From the NCBI GenBank assembly GCA_022813965.1, contig JALDZS010000122.1, positions 1-64,000 of the forward strand: a stretch of DNA of 64,000 nt, given 5' to 3'. The DNA is from Toensbergia leucococca. Lineage: Eukaryota. Each line of letters starts with the position of its first letter. Within the stretch, counting starts at the first letter, position 1. A program made the translations under genes and the position numbers. Below the pieces are notes generated by a model that had not been told where the DNA came from, made no database searches, and saw nothing but the letters and a program-made list of their open reading frames with translations. Positions 51,426 to 63,579 of this stretch are shown here, piece by piece.

Positions 51426-53216
51426 TCAGCCAGCGCGCATTGTAGATCTCATTCTCCTCCCAGGACAAGCCCTCAAACACTGCACCAAATCCCTCGCCTC
51501 CACCCTCGCAAACCCTTGCCCATTGTCATCAATCCCAATACCCAACACAACCTCATCATCGAGATATCCCACATTCTTGCCCTCCAACCCATCCTTGTGC
51601 CTTCCCCAAGCATATGCAATACTGACCGTATAGGTGAAATGCGCCCAGTAATCCTTGCCCCCAAACGGATCCGACGTCCCGTTTCGGATTTTCGTCTCAG
51701 CGACAAGCTTCGCGTTGGCAGCGTCGTCGTCCCAGTTATCGCTGGCCGACCAGCCCAATGCCGTCTCATTGGCCATGAGGATAGGATGTTGAGAGATGCC
51801 GATCATGCCAAAGGGTGGGAAGGCGGACCATACAACAAAGAAGCGCTCGTAGCGAAGAGGGAGCTCGTAGTCATTCTCGATTTTGCGGTGGACGGCGGCA
51901 AAAAAGACCGTGTTGTCCACGCTGGGCTTGCAATTGGTATCGGAACGTGTGCAGAGAATTAGACGGAGGGAATTGGTTGCTTGATGCCAGGTGCCTCCTG
52001 TTCTTGCCTTGTCGGGTTCCTCGTCGTTCTCGTGGATACATGGAAGTTCGAGAGGATCTGTGAGATTCACCGTCGTAAGACCACCACCAATGACTTTAGC
52101 AAATGTACGACCTTGGTCACTTCGGCGTGGGTTGGAGAGGTCATAGTGGATGTAGGACTCGCCAGAGATAGTGAAGAAGAGCATCCAATTCTTCTCAACT
52201 GGGCCGCGGGTGTTTGCGGGATTTCGCGTGAGCTCTGTCAGATGTGGGTAAGACTTGAGAGGACCTAGAGACGGATTCGAAGGAGAGGAGGAAAGGAGTC
52301 TATGTAACGGAGGGTAGAGAACACGAAGATCGATCATCCAAAGCCCAAAGCAGGTATAACGAGATCAGGTACATGGTCAGATTTAGAAGTTCAGATAAGG
52401 GATGAAAGCTTACTGCGTATTGACCATCATCAAAGGTTCTCCTCTGCCACTCCAAAAGACACGAGGGTCATGGAAGCCGGGAATATCAATAATGTCCCCA
52501 TATTTACCTTCACAGTTCTCTGCAGGAGTGGGCGGGACCCTGAGAAGTACGGGAGATGTGGCGCATCTCATACCACCTGCCGGACCTATATTAAGTAGGT
52601 CGTCTTGCGTACATGGCCTTTCACCTTCTCTCGCGTGCTCGCTAGGTTCAGTATAGCAAATGTTGGCTTCGCACACGACATTCTTTTGGTAAAGACCATC
52701 GGTCACGATCCTGCTGACAATAAGGTATTGATTCTCGGACCAATAAGGCAATGATATGAAGGTTGGATTCCAAAATATCCTCGACTCTGGTGTAGTTGAA
52801 TTTGGAGGGATGGGCGAGATGTTTTGGATGATATTCGGCAGACGGACATGATTGGTATATTGATTCGCGCGTATTCGGCACCTGAACAAAAGCTCCAGAT
52901 TGGGATTCAGGATTGGCTGTGACAGTGTGGAGGTCCATGTAGTATTACCGGACTTGACTGCCGTCTCCCTGTCGTAGCTGTAGTAATATTTACTGGGAGG
53001 AGAAAGATGGTTTTTCGAGTAGTTGACTCGTGGCAAGGTGTGCGAGTCTAAGTCGGCGATGGATATGTGGCTGCCTTGAGGTGGGGAGGGTGGTTGATGA
53101 AGGACAAAAGAGGGGATTGAAGTTGGTACGTGGAGACTTGAGCGATAGAAAATGATCAGAGCTAGTAGCACAACGGCAGGCAACAAGAATCGTCGTGTTG
53201 GTGGTAAGTAAATCAT
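51426..53216 (-). CDS. Type II membrane protein resembling GT91/Bmt beta-mannosyltransferase-like propeller proteins
   Basis: N-terminal signal anchor (RRFLLPAVVLLALIIFY). Motifs LRVP, GFHDPRVFW..GEPLMMVN, VEKNWMLF, FTYTVSIAY, GYLDDEVVLGIG. One intron starting at 52413 with an atypical acceptor. Confidence 0.6.
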
Positions 53217-53771
53217 CTCGTACCGAGGAGAGTGAATGAAGGAGGGGCAGAGCAAAGGGAACTGTACCGTGCCTCGAAATATAGTCAAGGTGTGCAATAG
53301 GTAGGCAGGTAGGATGATTGATGTCTTGAGCCGAAGCAGAAGCAGAAGCAGAAGCCCCAACACTTCTTAGGGCTGTCTGTCGTTGACTATTGCAGCCGGG
53401 GTGTTACAGTCGCTGAAACACTGCCGCATCTCTCTACACTTCCTACACTTCCTACACCTCCAGTCACTCTGTACTTAGACATGTTGCGTACTGCCATGGA
53501 GTGAAAGTTTTGCTATTTGGACTCCTAGCTGGCTTGAACGGCTAAGAATTCCAGGCTGAAATAGCCAGAGTACCTGCATAACTCGTATAATAATTAACTG
53601 CTTTTTTGTACATGATATGGCTACTTACTGCTCCTGTCCCGTCGTCATGTCGCCTTCAAGATGAATTCCGGCTAGCAATGTTTTATTTATACCCTTAGAA
53701 GCCTTTTTCTTTTGAAATCATTGTGGTCGTGCAACAAGCCATGTCATGAATAAGCGTAACTTTTAATACCC

Positions 53772-55568
53772 TTACCTTGCCGTATTTCCATCTTCCTCAT
53801 TCCTTCCTCCATCACTAGCTTCCTCTTCGTCCCATCCCTGAGCTTCTAGGCCCTCTCCACGTATACCGAAGCTCATTAGGAACCCAATAAATGCAACGCC
53901 GCCGAAGACACCAAAGGCCAGAGCTTCGCCTTTTGGCTTGACGCCTGTGGAGATGGAGAAAAGACCGCCAGAGACGAACGGACCAACAGCACGACCAGCT
54001 GCAGAGAGCGTTTGGGCAAGACCGTTGAGAGTTCCAAGAACAGAGTGATTGGGCGCAGAGTTGGTGATCTGTTAAGAGGCAATCATGAGTCTTCGATATC
54101 GTGCTTCAATCAGGTCAAGACAATGGAATGAGCCTACCAAAAGAAGTGCACTGGTTAAACCACCCACAGCGGCCACCGTCTTCACTAGAAGGACAAACCC
54201 CAATTCCACCCATAACCAGATCTTGCCGTGCGATATTCCACCTTTTCCATCGCTTCCACGTTTGTAACCAACCCAGGGCGTCATCAGGAACGCCAGCACA
54301 AATCCTGCTATGCAGACTCGGTACGTAGCCTTGTTACCCATCTTTTCCCTTAATTTCCCGAAAATACCAACTTGAAATATGATAGTCACGATTCCTGCAA
54401 ATGCAAGAGATAGCCCAATCTCCTGGGGTGAAAGGTCTCGCCCTGTTGGAGGTTCGGCTTGGGCAAAAATCGGATAGAGCGAGTTGTAAGAGATGTTCGA
54501 GAGCTGAAATATTAGGTACGTCGAAAGAAGAAGTATAGTATCTCTACTGAAGACTTGTGAACGTGTAAGGTTTGTAGTATGATGAGGAAGCAATGTTGGC
54601 ATGGAATTCTGGGACTCTGCATCCGAATTAGTTTCGTCTTCGCCCTCTTCATTCATGGCGGCATCTCCGTGAACGTGTGAAGTCCCTTTGCTATGATCAT
54701 CTCGAACCCTCAGATAACTCGGACGGGTAGAGCTAGCAAATTGCCAAGCCCAAGTGAACATATTCCCCACTCTCCTACCGAGTGGAGCCAAGTCCCTTGC
54801 TTCTTCGAGGCTCTCCTCTAGGAAGATCATTGCTAAGATCAGATCAATCATCAATACTGCGGCTGAGACAAGGTTCGGCGGTAGATATGGATAGGGAGAG
54901 CGACCATGCTTCGAGACCAGTAATCCCCCTACTACAGGTCCGGTGATGCCACCTAAACCATATATGACTGGGAGGTAGGTAAAGGCCTTAGACTGATTAC
55001 TCCGATCCGTAATCTCCCCTAAGCACGTAGATACTACTCCTTGATTTCCATTTACCAATCCCATCAGAACCTGGACTAGCACCGCCTGCCACAACGTCCT
55101 GCAGAACCCAAAAGCAACGAAGCATATAGCCGTGAATAAAGTTCCCATCAAAATGACAGGTTTTCTTCCTATTCTATCCGAAAGCCAACCCCAGAAGAAG
55201 TTTGTGAGAAATTGTGCTAGAGCGAACGAAGATGCAATGGTACCGACGTAGACTCCAACCTGCCGGGGATCTACCTCAGGAAATGTTGATGCCATTTGAG
55301 GCAGATAAGGGCTTATGGAGTTGAGAGCGGTTTGCTCGCAGAGAGAAATGATTGCAAGTATGACCAGCTGCTTCTTAGGGAGAGGAGATTCGATGTGATT
55401 GGAGACACTCGAGTCATGACGAGCATGAGATTGGGAGCCATCATTTGACGATGGTGGAGACAAGGATGGCGGCTGCCCTCGAGATTTTGGTGGAGGGGTA
55501 GGAAAGGTTTGATAATGTGTCGTAGAAGATTTCCGTCGGTCCATGCTTTGATGCTTTGAGCGCTTCAT
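53772..55568 (-). CDS. MFS transporter (YCR023C / tetracycline-antiporter-like)
   Basis: SPLPKKQL, WGWLSDRIGRKPVIL, LGEITDRSNQSKAF. Intron 54069-54137, then ITNSAP..LGTLNGLAQTLSAAGRAVGP. Confidence 0.92.
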
Positions 55569-56125
55569 AGTGCAAAGTCCGTACGGAAAGGAATTGTTGA
55601 TGATAGCTTGAAGACAATGATGCTCAGCAGAGCTCAGAGACAATCTATTCCTCAGTCATAAGAAACATGGAAGTCGGCGGATCCTTCGACATCGATCAAT
55701 TGGAGTGCTTTCACGTGAGTATGAGGTTGTCTCCTGCGCTTCATAGATTTGACCACAGCCGGGTAGACCATCTCGATTTAGAGAAAAAGACAGGAGAATA
55801 GGTAAGAAGTAGGCTGTCAAGGTATCGTGTATGATACGAAAGTGAAAAACTGCTCTGAGATCTTTGTCGGTCACCATTCCCCTTCCGGATTATCAGATCA
55901 CTTTAGGCTCAATATGGACTAGCTCGGTTTTATCAAACGCTCTACGCAAAGATAATCTAACCTGACCCTTGAGGCCTTGACCAATCCCTACATAAGTCCT
56001 AAGCTACTTTAGCAATTCTTTCATTGCCCAATCTAATACTAGACAAAGAGAGGTCTCCAGGTTTCTCAGCGCTACGGGCCTAATAGTCCACACGAATAGT
56101 CCTCTTCCATGATAATTCAAAACTT

Positions 56126-58365
56126 TCACTCCTGTGATCCTAAGAACAGCTTCTTTAACTTCCTCTCCTTTTCGTCTTCTAGAAAGCGGTCGAGTACAGC
56201 TTCGTCTGGGTCAAAGAGCTTACCTTGGTAGACCTCAGGAGGTAGGAAAGCACAGCTCTCTCGTGTGGCCGCAAGGTATTGGCAGACATGTAAGTGTAAA
56301 AAGATAGCTACTCTTTGATTTCCTTTTTCTGTCAATCTCCACTTCGTCGGCGAAGTGTTCTCGTCGAGAAAGAAATCTCGTGTTACCAAGTCCTTGTCTT
56401 CTAGGTCCAGCCAGCCAGAGGTGTCCAACCAAAATACAGACTTATCACCGTCAGCTCGAAGCTTGTTCACAACCCTTTGTGTTGATTCTTCAAGTTGACC
56501 ATGGAATGGTCTCATAATAAAAATGGGAATCGAGGCTGGTGCTGTGCTTAGAGCGAAGTCCGAATATATTGGTCTTTCGCTGAGAACAGTGACCGGATGC
56601 TTAGGGTAGGCGAGTGCACGAATAGCTTTGATGAGAGAGACATAGGTGGCTTCAAAGCGCTCAAGTAGATCAGACTTGGGCTCAGTATATTCCGACTCAT
56701 GAGCCCCAAACGAGGCAAAATCGGAGGCGCCGAGGTTGAAAACCTAGGGATCGTTAACAAATGAGAATATACAATTCACACATTACTCTAGCTTTCACTC
56801 ACTAAAACGTCGGGGATGTATCCAGAAAACGCCCATGGATGCTCAAAATACGCCGAGCCATGAGGGCCACTGAGACATTGATGAGCTTCTCATTCGCGTC
56901 TCAAATATCCTGCTCTAGAAGTTAAGACGAAAAGTAAAACTGACCTGCGAAAAAATACGTCTCCAATACCGGACGGCTGGTCAATACCCCCAATGCAGTC
57001 TTGTGTGAGACACATTCCATCCACTCCAGTTCTGACATGATCAACTGCGTACATCTCCCCGAGTAAGTACTCCCAGCCCATTACGCCAGCCATTAGACCA
57101 TCTGTGCCTCCTTTGCGTTTCCCCCTATTTCTGCTACTCAGCCAACCTGGAGAATCAGTAACGACTTCGAGGACCTTGTTTCGATCTTGAAGTATTGATA
57201 AGGCATCATCCTCGATATCGTCTATGATGGTTTGATCGGTTTTTGAACGGCTCTTATCCCTCAAGATACCACTGAGACCAATTCGATGCTTCTCCCCTAC
57301 CTGATCATTCCCGGACGATAGCGAATCCTCATTCTCGTATTCTTCGCTTAGCAGTGATCCTTTGACTGGCACAAGCTTCGCACCTGTACTCAACCAAATC
57401 CCTTCCAACTGGATAACCCCCTTCCCATGATCGTCTGTCATGGGAGCAACTATTCGAACTTGATGCTCCGCGTATCTATCCAGGTTATTTGAAGATATCG
57501 AAACCAGCATCGAGGAATTAGGCAACAGGACGTATTCTTCCTGGTCCACACGAGCTAACAAAGATATAGGAGGAGCTGATGTTTCTTTCTGCGGAACAGG
57601 ACGGAAGGAGAAGTGACCAAGCTCCGAATGAGGAGTTGGGCTTGGAGCCGATGACATAGTACCTGTTGGGCCATTTGAGTCGTGGGTCTTCGCATTGTAA
57701 AGGGATAAAAGTAATGTGGTAGTATTTTGTATAGTAATGTCAAAGTATACGCCTGGAGGTAAGACATTTTAGCAAAGGAATAATGTCGATTGTCGATGTC
57801 TTTTTGTTGTGACCTACCGGGAAAGGTCCCATCCTTGCGTAATCGATTTGGAGTAGCCGTCCATCGACCAATATACTACTCAATATTAGATGAGATACCT
57901 TTAATGGGGCAGAAAGAGGTTCACGTGGATCTTTGGATTATTTGCTGGAAAAAACTGTAGGCCCTGCATCTCCAGACCTCCAAAAAGCTCCCTTCTGATT
58001 CCGTTGGCGCTGACCTTTACGTTTCCCAACTCTTGTCTACCTCCACGGATCCACCACAGGAATGACACCATCAACAATAGCATGATCCATAGCGCTTTCT
58101 TCATAATCACACGTGTGACAATCCACCTGTAAAACCGCATGTAGTCTGATCTGGGTGGTCTTCGCGGTGTGAAATGCATAGGGCCACCATACGGTGTTGG
58201 TGGCTTCAACCCAGCTGAACGAAAGGGAGAATAGGCTGTGGTAGCGAGTGGGGTGGCTAACGAGGAGGAGCTTGTGGTGCCTGGGTCAAGGTACTGAGGT
58301 GAGCCAGAAGGTAATGTTGATAGGTGCAGGTTGGGACGACCTGAGAATGGTGCTTTCTGCGGCAT
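56126..58365 (-). CDS. Type II membrane SGNH hydrolase / CE2-like protein
   Basis: Single TM (ALWIMLLLMVSFLWW). Spliced IH-YIGRW...TFP-GVYF (CE2 N-domain-like), LEVVTDS, VFNLGASDF, IFIMRPFHG and WLDTSGW motifs; multi-exon. Confidence 0.7.
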
Positions 58366-58793
58366 CGTTAGAAGAACACTGAATTGGGAAGCTTCAGATC
58401 AGCCTTGAAATTGGAGTATTAATTCTTGTGAGATGACGATTTACAAAGAGTGAATTAGAAGCCTATTAGCGAGAATGTGTTTTTAGGGCAGGAACACTTG
58501 ACAGACAAAATAAGGAATATGTACTTTGCTCAGCAGAATCAAACCACTACACGCAAAGTCTCTATGCGTCCTGTGGATAGCTAAGGTAATTGTAAATGAA
58601 CATACCCTTGTAATGTGCCTATCGTCCCTTTTCAACTCCGTCCAGCCAATGTAACTCCATCGGCTTTTCAGAGCCTTTTCTGTTACCCATGAAACCATAT
58701 GAAATCTTACAAGATGCTTGGAGCTCCTGGTTTGTACCTCCAAGCTCTATGGGTAGGCAGCATTTCCTAGCTGTCGCTCCATGCATATATTCT

Positions 58794-59508
58794 TTATCTA
58801 TCTCCGTTTGGACCGGCCGCCCTAAGCGCCAGAAACACACCCCATCCCAACCCAACGAGACTCCCCACAACGACTCTCCTCTCTACAGGCACGACTGTGA
58901 AGTTGAGTAGACTGACCAGCGGCCATAACTTGTATCCGGCGATCATTATCGGCCAGAAATTCTGTCCCGGCCCAATAATAGATTAGCTTTACAATTCTCC
59001 AAATCTAGCGGAGCAAATCTGCTACCAAGTCCTCAAAGTTTGAGATATGACCATGGCACAATGAGGAGTCCTCATTACGCCATTGGGGCACGTTAAAGAG
59101 GTGAAGGGCCAATCAATTACGTACCATTCTCACATCCTTCAGACAAGCCTGTAGCCCGGCACCTCTCAATGCCTGCACCCCTCCCAGCCAGAGCGCTGTG
59201 TTCACCGCCGCTCCCAATGTCTGGTCCAGAAGAAATTTCAGGCAGGTATTCCGTACATTAAGTTTCTCCTCAACGGTGACCCCTTTCCCTCCTTCATCGA
59301 TATCAATCTTTTTAAGAGCATAACCTGGAAATTGGCGTTCGAGAAGTTGTTGAAAGAGATAATTGGGGGGTGTAGAGAGGATAGTGAATACAAGGATAGG
59401 GATAAGTGGAGGTGGAGGGCTGTTGGGGGAGAGAAGGCGAGCGATAAGGGAGGAGGCGAGCGAAAGGACGGCAGATTGTAACGTGGCGGTTTGGAGTGGA
59501 GTAAGCAT
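58794..59508 (-). CDS. Mpv17/PMP22 family membrane protein
   Basis: TPPNYLFQQLLERQFP and KFLLDQTLGAAVN; second exon NFWPIMIAGYKLWPLVSLLNFTVVPVERRVVVGSLVGLGWGVFL. Confidence 0.92.
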
Positions 59509-59900
59509 TGTGACTTGCGAGCGGGAAATTGGAGGCTTGATGATTTAGTGAAATTATTCGCTGACCATATTCTAATTCTTAGACGTTTGTATTGTGATGT
59601 TGTCAGGTTGAGGTTGCAGGGTTGTCAACATTGATAATTTCAGAATAAAACCTAGAATACTGCCGAAGAACACCCTCACACCCTAAGTACGAATGTTTGG
59701 CCATGGCCTTTCGAGAAAATTAGTAATCTTGACATATTGTAATCTCTTAGACATACTCTAATTCGCATTTCTATCTATCTAGCTTGATCTTCTAAGCAAA
59801 ATGTGTCAATTCCCAATGCCTCCTCTTCATTCAATGTTGGAATGGTGCTGTCGTCAAAGAATTCCGGCAGTACACCTCGCAAACAAAAACACCTCAAATT

Positions 59901-61127
59901 CTAAAATCTATCCGCAAAGTTCGCCGGGGGTTGAGTGGGAGGCCCTTCAGGAGTTACATAGGCCTAGTAGCCCGTTAGCTTTTCAACTTACGCAAAGTGA
60001 CTCCAACGACTGACCTTAGTCAAGCCACCGTCAACTACGAAATCGGTCCCGTTGACGAAGCTACTCTCATCGCTTGCAAGGAACAAGACTGCTTGCGCTT
60101 GCTCGATTGCCTCACCAAAGCGACCGCCTGGGAAGTGGATCTCGCGGCGATGACGCTTAGCCGCGTCGTCTCCAAGCCAATCTTGTAGCAGTGGTGTACT
60201 GGATTCTCCATGTCAGTGTAGCTCTAGGTTTTTGGGATATGACGGGGTGGTACTTTAACGGTGCAGGACACAAAGAGTTGAATCGAAAGCCCTCCCTAGC
60301 ATGTACGATTGCAAGCTCTCTCGTCAATGCCATTACAGCTCCCTTGCTGGCCGTGTAGGCTAGCTGCGGCGCACCGCTACCAACCAAGGCGACCACGCTG
60401 GCAGTGTTAATGATACTGCCTTTTGTTTTCTTATGCTTACGCAAGCTGATAACAGCATGCTTGCTGCCAAACCACACACCTTTAACATTAATATTATGGG
60501 TTAAGTCCCAGACTTTCTCTGGAGTATCGATCGCGTCTGCATCGTCAGCATGCATAATGCCGGCGTTGTTGAACATAACGTCGACACCGCCCCAGGAGTC
60601 GACATGGTTAACTATGGCCTCAACTTCAGACTCTTTAGAAACGTCACACTTGATTGTCTCAATTTTTGGTGGATATCGAATAATCTCGTGGATTTTCGCA
60701 ACGGCTTTGGCAAGAGCTGGTTCAGAGATGTCGGCCATCAACACGGAAGCTCCTTCGCGAGCGAAGAGAATAGTGGTCTCCAAGCCTATACCGCTGTTTT
60801 GAGGCCCTGCGTTAGTGATGAGGGAGAAAAGGTATCCTAATACATGATCGAATACTCATTGCGACTGAACAATGCTTGGGCCATCTTTGACTCGGGAAAA
60901 ATCCAATAGGCTCAAGACCTAAGACATAATTCGGAAAAGGTAAAAGGACGCACACCGAATCCAGTGAGCCGCAAGTCGTACAATTATGACAACGAGGAGG
61001 TTGTTTATGCAACGATCAAAGACGTTAAGAAGCATTACATAAACTGAATCTCAAGAACGTACCCGGCAGCGCCAGTGATGATGGCATTCTTACCCTCAAG
61101 ACGACCGCCGCGAGCGATACTACCCAT
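59901..61127 (-). CDS. Classical short-chain dehydrogenase/reductase (Rv2857c/SCO1611-like)
   Basis: Spliced ITGAAGGIG, NNAG, INTAS, YTASK, LCPAPL-NTPLLQDW and VVDGGLTK-AYVTPEG; four exons. Confidence 0.93.
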
Positions 61128-61469
61128 TTTCTCCGAACACAATAGAGATTTGTTCAAGAACAATTCAGAAAGATGAAATTCTATATGGCTCCAATCTGAT
61201 CAGTAAGACTATCTATGTCCCTCAGCAAGTGGAGACACGTAAACGAACGTCAGGGTAAGCTTATGACGAAGGATTGAGAAAGTCTTGCAAGATGATGAAG
61301 AATGAAGGAACGAGATGTGTTTACAATGGGATTCTTTTATATGCGAATCACGTCAATGGGGTTAGACGAGCAAAGGGAGATGTGTCCCAACCTTGTGGTA
61401 CTCCAACTTCCCCACTAATTAATTGACTTTGCAGAGAATGCAGCAGAAATTGGACTTGCACAAGCACCA

Positions 61470-61790
61470 GTGAAGCTTATCAGGCTCTCTTCAGCCTCGT
61501 GGATAAAGGTAAAGGTGAAGGTGAAGATGAAGGTTCATGATGGTCTGCTTTATCGGAATTATTATCGTCGCTGTCACCTCGCGCGATACGGAGTAGTGTC
61601 GTAGGGCATGAGCCCAAGAAATAAATATTTATACTTTTACCATATTCTAGGCGACACTAGTTTCCTGATCACCCGAGTCACCCCAGCCAATCTCAAACCT
61701 TGAATCCAATCACCCCCTCCTACTAGTAATACTCGCCGACCTACGGAATACTGCGATTCAACAACGGCTAGTATACGAGTATTCCGCCGA
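61470..61790. promoter_or_regulatory. Bidirectional promoter region with clustered GATA motifs and CGGA(A/G)TA elements
   Basis: CTTATC 61476, GATAA 61502, TTTATC 61549, ATTATC 61561; inverted pair CGGAATACT 61744 / AGTATTCCG 61778. Confidence 0.45.
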
Positions 61791-61842
61791 GCTACTCTAT
61801 GCTCTCAATCGTGGGTGGTTTCAATTGATTTGTCCTCTTGCT

Positions 61843-63579
61843 ATGGCTTCTGAAGTCACCCTCGAGACCCTCTCAGAGACTCTTCGCACTGATACCAAAG
61901 TTAAAGTTGCCGGTGTTGACATCGACGGTATTCTTCGGGGCAAGCTCATATCTAAGAAGAAGTTTCTTTCCGTTGCCAGTGATGGCTTTGGCTTCTGCTC
62001 CGTAATTTTTGGCTGGGATATGCTCGACCAGACCTATTTCAAGGAACTGAAGATCAGTAATAAGGAGAATGGTTACAGGGATATCATTGCTGTGCCAGAT
62101 TTGACCAGCTTTAGGAGAATCCCCTGGGAAGATAATGTGCCTTTCTTTCTGGTTAGCTTCTTGGATCCCGACACTCACGAGCCTGTCAGTGCCTGTCCTA
62201 GAGGATTACTCAAGAAGGCAGTCGATAAGCTCGAAAAGCATGGACTTGGGGCTATGGCCGGAGGTGAGCTCTATCACTCTATTTGGGGTGTTTCCAGCTA
62301 TCGAGTCTTTGCATCTTGCTAATACTCTGTTATTCATCAGCCGAGTACGAGTTCTTCCAGTTCCGAGCGCCAGCCAATCCCAATATACCAGCATCGGAAC
62401 GCAATTCCTCAGCTACAGCAACCTTTCTCAAAGAGAATCCAGTCGATTCTCTTCCTCCTCTCACAGAAGGCATGTTTGGCTATAGTCTGACGAGACCTGT
62501 ACACAATCAAGATTATTACTACGGTATCTTTGACGCTTGCGAGAGATTTAGATGCGGGATCGAGGGATGGCATACAGAGAGTGGCCCTGGAGTTTTCGAA
62601 GCGGTATGGGGTGCTTCTGTGTGAGAGAACACTCACGGAAGTCCTTCCGCTGACAATATAATCTTCTCAATAAAAGGCTCTCGAATTCTGCGATATTAAG
62701 CAAATGGCAGACAAAGCCGGACTTTTCAAGTTGGTAATCCATGTCTTCCCTCCCACAAACTTCCCTTTTCCCAAGAAGACAACTGAAAGCTCCAAAAAGA
62801 TACGTTGTCAAATCTACCGCTAGCAAATTCGGCATAACCCCCTGCTTCATGGCCAAACCGCGCCAAGGTCTCCCCGGTAACTCCGGCCACATGCACATCT
62901 CCCTCATCGACCCCAGCACCAACAAAAACCTCTTCAACCGGCCCTCCAAAGACGAGCACCCTAAATACCCTGATCTCGCACACCTCTCGGACATGGGCCG
63001 GCACTTTCTCGCCGGTCTCCTCGACGGCCTTCCGGACATCATGCCCATCCTCGCCCCTACGATAAACTCCTACAAGCGCCTCGTCGAGAACTTCTGGGCT
63101 CCTGTGACTGTTTCCTGGGGCCTGGAACACCGCGCCGCTTCCATCCGGCTGATCGCGCCGCCAACAGCTTCTCCAAAGGCAACGCGCTTCGAAATCCGTG
63201 TCGCAGGCGCAGACGCAAATCCGTTCTTAGTGCTTGCCGCCATCCTTGCCCTCGGTTGGCGGGGCGTGGAGAAGAAGATGGAGATTTCGCTGCCGCCGCT
63301 TGGGAAGGGCGAAGAAGTGGGGGGCGAGACGGATGCGGGGGTCAGATTGGCGAAGTCGCTGAAGGAGGCGAATGCGAGGTTTATGAGGAAAGAGAGTGTG
63401 GCGAGGGAGGTTTTTGGGGATGAATTTGTGGAGCATTTTGGGGGCACGAGGGAACATGAGGTGAGGCTTTGGGATGAGGCCGTTACTGATTGGTGAGTTC
63501 CATATGTACCCCCTTTTGCTTTGAAATGGTACTGAAATGGTGTGATAGGGAGGTGAAGAGGTATATCGAAACCGTGTAG
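61843..63579 (+). CDS. Glutamine synthetase type I-like gamma-glutamyl-amine ligase (GlnA4/PuuA/FluG C-terminal-like)
   Basis: Exons 61843-62263, 62341-62603, 62677-62729, 62800-63492, 63549-63579. Motifs DIDGILRGK, CPRGLLK, AEYEFF, HTESGPGVFE, FMAKP..PGNSGHMHISL, PTINSYKRL, EHRAASIR, VTDWEVKRY. Confidence 0.93.
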
